Shown here: positions 28,150-36,932 of the stretch, piece after piece
How the letters are laid out: every line of letters begins with the position of its first letter
How positions within the stretch are numbered: the first letter of the stretch is position 1
Assembly: GCA_964618695.1 (NCBI GenBank)
Contig: CAZUDX010000001.1
Location: 268,886-332,885, forward strand
From: an uncultured Candidatus Bathyarchaeia archaeon
Lineage (GTDB): Archaea; Thermoproteota; Bathyarchaeia; Bathyarchaeales; Bathyarchaeaceae
Reading direction: 5' to 3'
Length of the DNA stretch: 64,000 nucleotides
Program-made: the position numbers and the translations under genes
The notes under the pieces: generated by a model
The model's database searches: none
Seen by the model: the letters and a program-made list of their open reading frames with translations, nothing else
Told to the model about the DNA's origin: nothing

Positions 28150-28908
28150 TTATGCTTTAATTTTCTCTTTCTTGATTACATTTCTGAAAGTTTTGTCGCA
28201 GTTAACACATTTGTACAATCCAATCGTTAACTGGAGTCTTTCACCAGCCTTACTGGGTCTTCCAGCCATCTTCCATGTTTTGATCGGTTTTGATACGGTT
28301 TCACATTCAGGACACTCAGCTACCTCAGGGTTGCCTAAGGCGTTTAACAGTTTTAATCTGAGGTCTTCGCCAGTGCTGGTTGTCTTAGCGATTCTCTCAG
28401 CTAACTGGGTTTCTTTGAAAACGTCACGGATCCAGCGAGCAAAGTCTCCTCTGTTTTGGTGAAACTCTAGAGAAGTAACTGGAACTTTTCCTATCTTCTT
28501 CCTGAGGTCTTCTAGATTGAAGGCTGCTTCAAAGAGTGGTTTGTTGAATGCTTCGTAAAAGTAGAATCCCCATTCTGGGGTGACTTTTTCTTCCTGTTTT
28601 AAGGGATTGTTCAATTTCGGTATGTCTCCACAATCTTGTTTATATTTGTCAAGAAGCTTCTTAACTCTTTCTTCCCAGTTTATGACGGCCATTCTTCTGT
28701 AGTAGACGGTTTCACGTTTGCGAGGGTCGTCAGAGAAGTTTGTCTCTTGATAGCGGCTGAAGGTTTCTCGAAGGTTGGAGCTTCCGCCAATGTAAATTAG
28801 CATTCTGTTTTTGTCGTAAAAAGCGTAGACACCCGTCTCTTCTGGAACGCATTTCGCTCTCTCTCCCCACAGATACAGTTTACCTTGGATCGACATCTTA
28901 TCGCCCAA
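28150..28908 (-). CDS. GIY-YIG nuclease-domain protein fused to a DUF5752-like middle region and a C-terminal zinc ribbon
   Basis: 252-aa ORF. GVYAFYDKNRMLIYIGGSSNLRETF is the GIY-YIG motif. LEFHQNRGDFARWIRDVF resembles DUF5752 (from memory). CPECETV...CVNCDKTF forms a 4-Cys ribbon. Confidence 0.6.
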   Translation of the reverse strand: MGDKMSIQGKLYLWGERAKCVPEETGVYAFYDKNRMLIYIGGSSNLRETFSRYQETNFSDDPRKRETVYYRRMAVINWEERVKKLLDKYKQDCGDIPKLNNPLKQEEKVTPEWGFYFYEAFNKPLFEAAFNLEDLRKKIGKVPVTSLEFHQNRGDFARWIRDVFKETQLAERIAKTTSTGEDLRLKLLNALGNPEVAECPECETVSKPIKTWKMAGRPSKAGERLQLTIGLYKCVNCDKTFRNVIKKEKIKA

Positions 28909-28995
28909 GATAAATATTATAGTAGGGCATATTTATGAAGTCTTTGGCGCTTTTGCCTAGAAAGTAGATTATCGAAGACAAGAATTCCTGTTTTT

Positions 28996-29613
28996 TCACC
29001 GAATACGGTATGTATTCCAGCTGACTACGTCTTTGAGGTCCCTCTTAGGCACATGCAATACTCCATTTTTGTCAAGCCAGTATTTTGTGTCTCCATCCTT
29101 CACTGTGTCTATTACAGGATTTTCTGCGGGATACCCAAGCGCAACCACTAACTCGATAGTTATACCTTCAGGTACATTCAATACTTTGCTTAGTTTCTCC
29201 CTGTCAACTGATGCCATAATGCAGGAGCCTAAACCTTCATCGTAGGCAACCAGGGAGATGCTCATTGAAGCGATGCTTGCGTCGTGAACAGGAGTTCGAC
29301 CGTTCTTGTCTAACAGCAGGATAATGTAGGCTTGGGGCATCTCTTCTTCGTTAGGGTAGTAGTCGGGCAGATAAACAGCCCAGCTCAATGTGCCGAAGAC
29401 TTTTTTCAACATTTTTTGGTCATTAACAATAATATAGCGTAGAGGTTGAAAATTCACTCCAGAAGGCGAAAGTCTTGCAGCGTCTACACATTTCAGCAAG
29501 ACTTCTTCTGGAACAGCTTTCTGAAGATATTTTCTGATTGTTCGTCGGCTCTTTATCTTTTCGTATGTGGAAACTTTTCTCAATTTAGTTTTCCTCTGTT
29601 TGTTAGAACCCAT
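28996..29613 (-). CDS. Nitroreductase family protein
   Basis: 205-aa ORF with RRTIRKYLQKAVPEEVLLKCVDAARLSPSGVNFQPLRYIIV and ALGYPAE. Confidence 0.85.
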   Translation of the reverse strand: MGSNKQRKTKLRKVSTYEKIKSRRTIRKYLQKAVPEEVLLKCVDAARLSPSGVNFQPLRYIIVNDQKMLKKVFGTLSWAVYLPDYYPNEEEMPQAYIILLLDKNGRTPVHDASIASMSISLVAYDEGLGSCIMASVDREKLSKVLNVPEGITIELVVALGYPAENPVIDTVKDGDTKYWLDKNGVLHVPKRDLKDVVSWNTYRIR

Positions 29614-29685
29614 TGAATCATGTTGATAGCTTGGGATATAAGAACTTCTGGAGTTGATTTCCGAACTTACAGCTTGAGACGAATG

Positions 29686-30261
29686 CTAAGGTTTTAGGTA
29701 TTCGCTTATCTTATTTGCTATCAGGTTGTGGAGGTCTTCTCGGTTCTCGTAGGTTACTTTAAGAGTTTCTGCGTCTTCTCTATTTTTGATGTTGTTGATT
29801 AGGGAGTTCCTTAGCCTGTAATGGATTGTTCCAAACAGTGGTTTGTCGCTTTCCACAGCCTTGATTAAGGCGTTGCTGAAGGCTTTTGAAGAAAGTTCCA
29901 TGGGACCGATCTCGTCTATTGCTAGTACAGATGCGTTTTGAAGGGCGTCAAGAATGGAGGTTGCTCCTATAACATCTAGGTCAGTTAAGTTAACTCGATA
30001 CTTGCCTATTTGGGGACCTGTTGGCTGGCTTATGTGGGCTAGCCATCCTCTAGTTCCTGTTGCCAAATCCATGATTTCGAAACCCACTCGCACTCCACCC
30101 TCACGAACCTCACGACAAATCATGCCGCCGACCGCGTATTCTCGGCTCTTAAGTTCATTCACTGAACGACGAAGTACGCTTGTTTTGCCTATTCCTGGTG
30201 GTCCGGTTATGAGTAGGATTCGTTTCAGCGTGAACACCTTGCTTTCGGCTAGACGAACCAT
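29686..30261 (-). CDS. Nucleoside-triphosphatase, THEP1/MJ1559 family
   Basis: 191-aa ORF with the P-loop ITGPPGIGKTS, Walker B LAIDEIGPMEL, and family-typical size. Confidence 0.8.
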   Translation of the reverse strand: MVRLAESKVFTLKRILLITGPPGIGKTSVLRRSVNELKSREYAVGGMICREVREGGVRVGFEIMDLATGTRGWLAHISQPTGPQIGKYRVNLTDLDVIGATSILDALQNASVLAIDEIGPMELSSKAFSNALIKAVESDKPLFGTIHYRLRNSLINNIKNREDAETLKVTYENREDLHNLIANKISEYLKP

Positions 30262-30312
30262 AAATATCTAGTTTCGGTAATAAAGCTTCAGTGATTGCGG
30301 GAGTTGTGAAGT

Positions 30313-31524
30313 TTGAGTTTTGGTTTCCCCACTGAAACTATAGCGGAGGGCGAAGTTAAAGTGGTGGTGCCCAAACTTGCTGCTTACGTGAAAAAGCCTT
30401 GGGAGTACGCTCCTTCTAAGGCGCCCGTATTTTACAACCCAATCATGGAACTGAACAGAGACTTGGCAGTTTTAGCCTTGCAAACGTACCAAAAGATGTT
30501 GGAACGAGAGTTCTCAGTTTGTGAGCCTCTAACTGGATGTGGACTCCGTGGTGTAAGATTTGCAGTAGAGGTGGAAGGCGTCCGACAAGTTATTGTAAAC
30601 GACATTAACCCAAAAGCAGCCAAACTTGCTGCCTACAATGCCGAAGTCAACAAAGTGGATAGCAGGGTTGAAGTTGCCAACGAGGACGCAAACCTTTTTC
30701 TCAGCAAACATGCGGCGCCTCGAAAACGGTTTAACTATGTTGATGTTGACCCTTTCGGTTCTCCCGTTCCCTACCTAGATGCTGCTCTACGGTCTTTGCG
30801 CAGTGGAGGTTTGATTGCTTTAACAGCCACGGACATGGCTCCGTTGTGTGGAGTTCATCCCCGAGCCTGCCTCAGAAAATACGGTGGATACCCTTTACGT
30901 GCAGAGTATTGTCATGAACTGGCTGTTCGCCTCTTGGTCGGATGTTTAGTTATGGTGGCTGCTAAACATGAGATAGGCGTCGAAGTTTTGTTCAGCCACA
31001 GCGTTGACCATTATGTCCGAGCCTACGCAACAGTCAACTACGGTGCGAGACGAGCAGACAAGAGTGTGGGACTGATGGGTTACATTCTTCATTGCTTCTC
31101 GTGTTTTCACAGAGAAACATCGTTGGGAATAATTTCTCCCCTAAAACAGGTTTGTCCAGAATGCGAAGCGAAGTTGAGTGTCGCTGGTCCCCTGTGGCTG
31201 GGTGAGATTGCGGACAAAAACTTCTGTTTTCTGATGGAGAAGGAGGCGGAGGGAAGAAGTTTGAGACAGCAAAAGAGACTTCTCAAGCTGATATCGTTGG
31301 TTAAGGGCGAGGCTGAAGCGCCAGTCACCTATTATACTGTCGACAGAATCTGCGACAAGCTGAATCTGCCCATTCCAGCCCTAAAGAAAGTGATGGAAAA
31401 AATAAGAAAAATGGGGTTCCAAGCAACACCAACACATTTCAACAGCCGAGGCTTCAAAACAGACGCCCCAGCAAACAAGATAAAAGAGGTTATAACAGAC
31501 CTTGCAACCCAAAGTTCAGCGTAA
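30313..31524 (+). CDS. trm1: tRNA (guanine(26)-N2)-dimethyltransferase
   Basis: 403-aa ORF with FYNPIMELNRDL, EPLTGCGLRGVRFA, DVDPFGSP, and a Cys-cluster C-terminal domain. Confidence 0.9.
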   Translation: MSFGFPTETIAEGEVKVVVPKLAAYVKKPWEYAPSKAPVFYNPIMELNRDLAVLALQTYQKMLEREFSVCEPLTGCGLRGVRFAVEVEGVRQVIVNDINPKAAKLAAYNAEVNKVDSRVEVANEDANLFLSKHAAPRKRFNYVDVDPFGSPVPYLDAALRSLRSGGLIALTATDMAPLCGVHPRACLRKYGGYPLRAEYCHELAVRLLVGCLVMVAAKHEIGVEVLFSHSVDHYVRAYATVNYGARRADKSVGLMGYILHCFSCFHRETSLGIISPLKQVCPECEAKLSVAGPLWLGEIADKNFCFLMEKEAEGRSLRQQKRLLKLISLVKGEAEAPVTYYTVDRICDKLNLPIPALKKVMEKIRKMGFQATPTHFNSRGFKTDAPANKIKEVITDLATQSSA

Positions 31525-32118
31525 AGCTAGTTTTTTGTAGATTTTCTGTTTTTCTTTATCAGCTTTGGTTTGAATGTCTTGGAAGAGGTTGTTTCCGTGG
31601 GCGTCGATGGCTACTGTTAAAGGTCCGAAGTCCTCAACTTCCAATACCCACATGGCTTCCGGCATCCCCAAGTCACTCCACTCCACGCTCTTCACACCTT
31701 TGATGGTTTTGGCTGCTAGAACTGCGGCTCCTCCAGTGAAGGCTCCGTAGACCGCTCCATACCGTTTCATGGCGTCAACGGTCTTTTTGCCCATTCCTCC
31801 CTTTCCGATTACAACCCGAACCCTGAAATTCTTGATGAATTCGTCTTCGAACAGTTCCATGCGTGAACTTGTAGTTGGACCAGCAGCCACCACCTTCCAT
31901 TCGTCATCCTCCTTTTTTGTTATCGGACCACAGTGAAAAAGCGCTAATCCCTGTAAATTGAGGGGAAGGTTCTTTCCTTCTTTTTGGAACTCTAAGGCTC
32001 TTCTGTGGGCTGCATCCCGTGCAGTGACAACTGTTCCAGTAATATAGACGGTGTCGTTCACCCCAAGCTTTCTAACTTCTTCCTCCGAAATAGGGGTTCT
32101 AAGCTTGTAGACTGCCAT
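31516..32118 (-). CDS. Class I (Fe-S) fumarate hydratase / tartrate dehydratase, beta subunit
   Basis: GTVVTARDAAHRR...GPTTSSRME...GKGGM...GGAAVL are typical motifs. I prefer the start at MAVYKL (ATG at 32118), just 4 nt after the alpha-subunit stop. The track ORF extends to 32208. Confidence 0.85.
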   Translation of the reverse strand: MAVYKLRTPISEEEVRKLGVNDTVYITGTVVTARDAAHRRALEFQKEGKNLPLNLQGLALFHCGPITKKEDDEWKVVAAGPTTSSRMELFEDEFIKNFRVRVVIGKGGMGKKTVDAMKRYGAVYGAFTGGAAVLAAKTIKGVKSVEWSDLGMPEAMWVLEVEDFGPLTVAIDAHGNNLFQDIQTKADKEKQKIYKKLALR

Positions 32119-32122
32119 AATT

Positions 32123-33004
32123 TCACACCACGTCATGAGTAAGGTACTCAACTTTTCCTTCAGAACTGATTCGGGCTGAGGCTCTCCTTGCAGCCCAGCA
32201 CTGAACAACTACCGCCACTGGATACGATGCGGGGTGCCTGTGAGCATAGTCAACTTTCACATCCAAAACTGTGGTTTTGCCTCCTAGCCCCATGGGTCCG
32301 ATTCCTGTTTGGTTCGCAGCTTCACGCAGTTCCTGTTCAAGTTTTGCCAGTTCAGGATTGGGGTTAGGTTGATTCAAGGGTTTCAGAAGGTTTGCCTTGG
32401 CTAGTTTCAATGCTATGTCAGCTCCTCCGCCTACTGCAACACCTAAAATCGTTGGGGGACAAGGCTTTGCACCCGCATTAACCACAGTATCGATGACGAA
32501 CTTCTTGAGTCCCTTTAAGCCTTGGCTTGGACTTAGCATACCTAGGGCAGAAACGTTTTCGGACCCGCCTCCCTTGGGCATAACCGTGATTTCAAGTGCG
32601 TCTCCTGACGTCACTTCCCAGTGTATGTGGGGAATGAATCTTCCTGTGTTGTCTCCCGTGTTCTTTTGGGTGAAGGGGTCAACGGCGTTGGGACGAAGAG
32701 GCACCTCGCGGGTAGCCTTTACTGTGGCTTTGCGGAGAGCTTGCTCAACTTTGTCTAACCCCGCTACTTGGCTTCCGGCTTTCACATAGAAGGTGACGAC
32801 GCCAGTGTCTTGACACAAGGGAACCTGCTGTTTCTCAGCCAACTCGACGTTTTTTAGTATAACTTTGAGCTGAGCCTTTCCCACTTCGCTCTCCTCTTCA
32901 CGATACGCCCGCTGGAGAGCCTCCTTCACGTCTCGCGGCAACTCCGTGGCTGCCAGTTGCAACAGTTTGAAAGCTACGTTCTCTACAACCTTCCCCGTTA
33001 CCAA
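32123..33004 (-). CDS. Class I (Fe-S) fumarate hydratase / tartrate dehydratase, alpha subunit
   Basis: 293-aa ORF with PLCQDTG, MPKGGGSEN and CPPTILGVAVGG motifs of the Fe-S hydro-lyase alpha domain. Confidence 0.9.
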   Translation of the reverse strand: MVTGKVVENVAFKLLQLAATELPRDVKEALQRAYREEESEVGKAQLKVILKNVELAEKQQVPLCQDTGVVTFYVKAGSQVAGLDKVEQALRKATVKATREVPLRPNAVDPFTQKNTGDNTGRFIPHIHWEVTSGDALEITVMPKGGGSENVSALGMLSPSQGLKGLKKFVIDTVVNAGAKPCPPTILGVAVGGGADIALKLAKANLLKPLNQPNPNPELAKLEQELREAANQTGIGPMGLGGKTTVLDVKVDYAHRHPASYPVAVVVQCWAARRASARISSEGKVEYLTHDVV

Positions 33005-33151
33005 AACCGCTTCCTCTCCTTTCAGAGCAGAGTTAGACGATTAATCTTATACTTTTTGCTACCAATTCTCATCGAATGTTTTATCAGTTTCATGGTTCAA
33101 CTTAAATATGCACCACACTATTGCTTTTAAATCTGGAAATGAGACGCCAAA

Positions 33152-34132
33152 ATGAGTGAAGAGGCAACCATAGACAAAAAGAAGTATGAATGCTTGGAAG
33201 ACCTTGGTATAGGTCCAGCCATATCAAAGAAGCTTCGGGAATTAGGATTCCACACCATCGAAAATCTTGGAATGGCTACTGCTAAGGAGTTAGAGCAAGC
33301 TGGAATAAGCAAACAAAAAGCTGTGGAATTGATTCGCAAAGCACGTTCATGCATGCCCCTTCCCTTCATCCGAGGAGACGAACTGCTGAAGATGCGGAAA
33401 ACCGTTTCGCGTCTGACAACGGGAAGCAAAATGTTAGACAAACTGTTGGATGGAGGCATTGAGTCTCAATCTATCACAGAATTCTACGGAGAATTCGGGA
33501 GTGGAAAAAGCCAGATTTGCCATCAGCTGTGCGTAAACGTGCAGTTGCCTCCTGAACGAGGCGGTTTAGAAGGTGCAGCCCTCTACATAGACACGGAGAA
33601 CACTTTCAGAACAGAACGCATTATCCAGATGGCGAAGAATTTGGGCTTAGACCCGGAAGAGGCTATTAAGAACATCATTTTTGCTGAGGCGTACACGTCG
33701 GATCATCAGATGTTTCTGTTAGAGAATGCAGATAAGGTGATTAAAGAAAACGGAGTCCGCCTGATTATTGTGGATTCTTTGACTTCTCACTTCAGAAGCG
33801 AATATCTGGGCAGGGAGATGTTGGCTGAGAGACAACAGAAACTCAATAAACACCTTCACAGGTTGATTAGGCTGGCTCGCGCCTTCAATGCTGTAGCTGT
33901 TGTTACAAATCAGGTTATGTCCAAGCCAGACGTCTTCTTTGGCGACGCCATACATCCAGTAGGCGGTCACATAGTGGCGCATACTAGCCACACACGTATT
34001 TTTCTTCGAAAATCTGCCCGCGGACCAGTGAGAATCGCCCGACTTGTTTCCAGCCCTCACCTGCCGGAAGGGGAAGGAATTTTTATGGTTACTGAAAGAG
34101 GAATAGAAGATGCCAACCAAGAGGAGAGATAA
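33152..34132 (+). CDS. radA: DNA repair and recombination protein RadA
   Basis: 326-aa ORF with an N-terminal HhH domain ([19 protein letters not shown]), Walker [10 protein letters not shown], Walker B LIIVDSL, and VVTNQV. Confidence 0.95.
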   Translation: MSEEATIDKKKYECLEDLGIGPAISKKLRELGFHTIENLGMATAKELEQAGISKQKAVELIRKARSCMPLPFIRGDELLKMRKTVSRLTTGSKMLDKLLDGGIESQSITEFYGEFGSGKSQICHQLCVNVQLPPERGGLEGAALYIDTENTFRTERIIQMAKNLGLDPEEAIKNIIFAEAYTSDHQMFLLENADKVIKENGVRLIIVDSLTSHFRSEYLGREMLAERQQKLNKHLHRLIRLARAFNAVAVVTNQVMSKPDVFFGDAIHPVGGHIVAHTSHTRIFLRKSARGPVRIARLVSSPHLPEGEGIFMVTERGIEDANQEER

Positions 34133-34138
34133 AAACAG

Positions 34139-34504
34139 ATGCCCATTTCAAAGATTTTTGTAGCCAGATTCTTTCAGCTTGTGAAAGGAAGACGGTTCGC
34201 TGAAGCGGAGCGGGTACTCGAACGAATGAGATCAAAGACAAACGAAACCGAATGGAACAGCGGATACCTGCATGCTCTCGACGGCATGCTTTCTACCGAA
34301 AAATCAAGCGACTCCTACGCGTTTCTGAAGAACCTAAATCTCGATAACGAAAGTGAGCTAAAAAAATTCAGAAGAGAGTTTTTGAGGGAGTCAAGAAACA
34401 AGATTCACGCGGATTACGACCGGGGCTTCTATTCGGCTTGGGCAGATTACATGCGCATGTCAATAAAGACCCTAACAGACCAAGAAGTGCCCAAAAAAAG
34501 TTAA
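34139..34504 (+). CDS. Hypothetical protein
   Basis: 121-aa ORF starting 6 nt after the radA stop. Helical and charged, no motif recognised. Confidence 0.45.
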   Translation: MPISKIFVARFFQLVKGRRFAEAERVLERMRSKTNETEWNSGYLHALDGMLSTEKSSDSYAFLKNLNLDNESELKKFRREFLRESRNKIHADYDRGFYSAWADYMRMSIKTLTDQEVPKKS

Positions 34505-34604
34505 TTCTACGCGGTTAAAAGCTAAACAACTAAAACTGCAGAAGACTAGCGAAAAAGACCGTTAAGTCATAGTCCACATACGTGGAGCGGATCATGGTTC
34601 ATAT

Positions 34605-34835
34605 TTGAAGACTAATAACAGCAGTATGTTGAAAACAAAATTTTTCTATGAATTCTACAGAGAAGCAAAGAAAGATTATCCGATTCCCGAAAATGTTGAA
34701 ATACAATATAAAGAGTATCGAGAAAAATACAATGCTTTCTTAAGAGATTTTAGAAAACTGTGTCACAGAGTGAATGAAGAGATTGGAGAAACAACTCTTC
34801 CCGAATATGTTGGTGACTTCGCAAAAAAACTTTAG
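34605..34835 (+). CDS. Hypothetical small protein
   Basis: 76-aa ORF with a TTG start, rich in charged and aromatic residues. First gene of the more AT-rich islet. Confidence 0.35.
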   Translation: MKTNNSSMLKTKFFYEFYREAKKDYPIPENVEIQYKEYREKYNAFLRDFRKLCHRVNEEIGETTLPEYVGDFAKKL

Positions 34836-34938
34836 TTAGAGATTAAGAATTCTTGACTTCACTTGAAGTCAGGGCATGGGAAAAGGAATAGAAAAATCGT
34901 TTATATGACTTCAAATAATTTTAATTGGGGGAACAATC

Positions 34939-35685
34939 GTGACGAGTACTTTTACAATTTTTTGTCCTCATGGTATCGTTATGTCTGCTGATAGTCGTAT
35001 TACATACACCGATGCTATAACCAATGAAATATTAAGATATGTTGACGGAGTAGAGAAGGTTTATCATGTAAAAAAAGTAAATTTGGGTATTTCTTATTGG
35101 GGATTGGCGGAAATTCAAGATAAATCAATGCTAGATTTTCTAACTGAATTTGAAGAGACACAATTAGATGAGGGCGATTCTTTTGATGAGGTTGCAGAGG
35201 AATTAAAAAACCGTCTTGAACATGTAGTACCAAGAATCCGCATTAGAATGGGGTTGCACTTAGCGGGTTATGAAAAGAGGGGAGATGAATATACACCTAG
35301 ACTTCGACATATTTTTCATGAGCGATGGCATCCTTCAGGGGAATTCACTAATGAAGACAGTAACATAGAATGGCATCGAGAAGGCGAGCGAATACCCTTT
35401 CGGTCACGGAGGTTATTTCCAGTCCTATTTAATGGGGATAATGCGATAGCAAACTGTCTCTTCAACTACATACCAGCTATGACAAACGGAAGGCAGAGGA
35501 TAAGACCTGAAGTGTTGACACTTGATGAATGTTTAGAATTAGCTGAACTTGTCGTAAGTCTGTCAATCCAAAGACTCAATTATTACGTTGATACTAGACT
35601 TGAAAGAATCCCAAAAACAGTTGGGGGAAAAATTTTCGTTGCAAAAATAACGCCAACGAAAGGGTTTGAATGGGTCAAAAACTAG
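34939..35685 (+). CDS. Proteasome-beta/HslV-like N-terminal-nucleophile (Ntn) hydrolase-like protein
   Basis: 248-aa ORF with a GTG start. M-TSTFTIFCPHGIVMSADSRIT aligns by eye to archaeal proteasome beta TTTVGITLKDAVIMATERRVT. This places Thr directly after Met, an acidic residue at position 17 and Arg19. EKVYHV then matches the Lys33 segment (KKLFQI) after a 6-residue insertion. Confidence 0.55.
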   Translation: MTSTFTIFCPHGIVMSADSRITYTDAITNEILRYVDGVEKVYHVKKVNLGISYWGLAEIQDKSMLDFLTEFEETQLDEGDSFDEVAEELKNRLEHVVPRIRIRMGLHLAGYEKRGDEYTPRLRHIFHERWHPSGEFTNEDSNIEWHREGERIPFRSRRLFPVLFNGDNAIANCLFNYIPAMTNGRQRIRPEVLTLDECLELAELVVSLSIQRLNYYVDTRLERIPKTVGGKIFVAKITPTKGFEWVKN

Positions 35686-35830
35686 CTAGTCATATCTGAA
35701 GAACCAGTTTCTGCGGGTCTAACACAACAATAATTACTTTGTTTTCAATATAGACGCAATTCAGCACTAACAATGTTTCGAACACAAATCTTTTTACTTA
35801 TTAACTACGATTGTTTTTCGTTGTGAGTCC

Positions 35831-36301
35831 TTGAACATCAAGAAATATGTTTTCTTTGTTTCACACAGCACCGAAGACATGAAGGAAGAGGTTGGCGAGA
35901 TTTGTTACATTTTTAAAAAGTGTCACATCAGTAGTTTTGTGGCAGATAGAGATGCTCCAGTGGGTAAACCACTTCCTGATGAAGTCAAGAAGGCAATACG
36001 TGAAAGTGATTTATTTTTAGTATTTTTGACTGAGAAATCAGTAAAAAGTGCTTGGGTAAATCAAGAGATAGGATATGCTCTAGGAATTGGAGTTCCAGTT
36101 ATCCCTATTAAGAAAGAAGGCGTAAATCCCGAAGGTTTAATCGAATCAACAAAATATATCAACATGCAAGAAAATCCTTTAAATACTGTTCGGGAAATCT
36201 TTTCAAGACTCAAGGGTAACAAATTAAGTCCAAAAGCTAAGGCAAGCATCATTACATTCATAGGGGTATTGGAATTAAAAGAAAAGTATGGAGGTCATTA
36301 A
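35831..36301 (+). CDS. TIR-like domain protein
   Basis: 156-aa ORF with a TTG start. VFFVSHSTEDMKE...ISSFVADRD...IRESDLFLVFLTEKSVKSAWVNQEIGYA...PVIPI follows the TIR / DUF1863 pattern, including the conserved Glu after W-x-x-x. Confidence 0.7.
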   Translation: MNIKKYVFFVSHSTEDMKEEVGEICYIFKKCHISSFVADRDAPVGKPLPDEVKKAIRESDLFLVFLTEKSVKSAWVNQEIGYALGIGVPVIPIKKEGVNPEGLIESTKYINMQENPLNTVREIFSRLKGNKLSPKAKASIITFIGVLELKEKYGGH

Positions 36302-36773
36302 GTTGACTTTTAAAGTTTTTCTTGTTTCTAACATAGAAGACAGGCAACTAGCTAATGACTTGACAGAAGCTTTAGAACGCTATCAGATAAAAGTAGTTTC
36401 ACATTCGGAAATAACTCCGTTTCAATCCTACAGGTTACAAGTTGATAATCTCATAAGAACTAGTGACTGTGTTTTGGTATTTATAGGGCAGAGAGGAAGG
36501 CAAACTGATGATATGAATTATGAAATTGAAAGGGCTATAAAATCAAACCGCATAATTATTCCTCTTGTTGAGAAGGGGTCGGATGTACCAAGAGCCATTA
36601 GAAAAATGAAGTATATCGAAGTCAATAGAAGACAACCGCAAACGAGCTATGAACGAGCAGCAAAGTATCTTGAAGGATTAAAAATTGAAAAGGAAAGAAG
36701 AGATGCACTTGGAGGATTATTGTTACTTGGTCTAGGCATTCTATTATTGGCTGCTTTAGCTTCAGGAGATTAA
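36288..36773 (+). CDS. TIR-like domain protein with a C-terminal transmembrane helix
   Basis: 161-aa ORF overlapping the upstream TIR gene by 14 nt. FKVFLVSNIEDRQLA...IRTSDCVLVFIGQ...MNYEIERA...IIIPLV is TIR-like. The C-terminal segment ALGGLLLLGLGILLLAALASG is hydrophobic. Confidence 0.6.
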   Translation: MEVIKLTFKVFLVSNIEDRQLANDLTEALERYQIKVVSHSEITPFQSYRLQVDNLIRTSDCVLVFIGQRGRQTDDMNYEIERAIKSNRIIIPLVEKGSDVPRAIRKMKYIEVNRRQPQTSYERAAKYLEGLKIEKERRDALGGLLLLGLGILLLAALASGD

Positions 36774-36932
36774 CAATTGCTTTGTTTTTAATCCTGTTAA
36801 CAAAATTTTTCCTGAAAACAACAACCGAAAAGCAGATAGGAACTGCATTCAGATTTCCAATCCTTTTCCAATAAAGATATTAACTGAACCCGTCTCCACA
36901 CTAAATACCACAAAAATTTTCTTATTGGAAGT

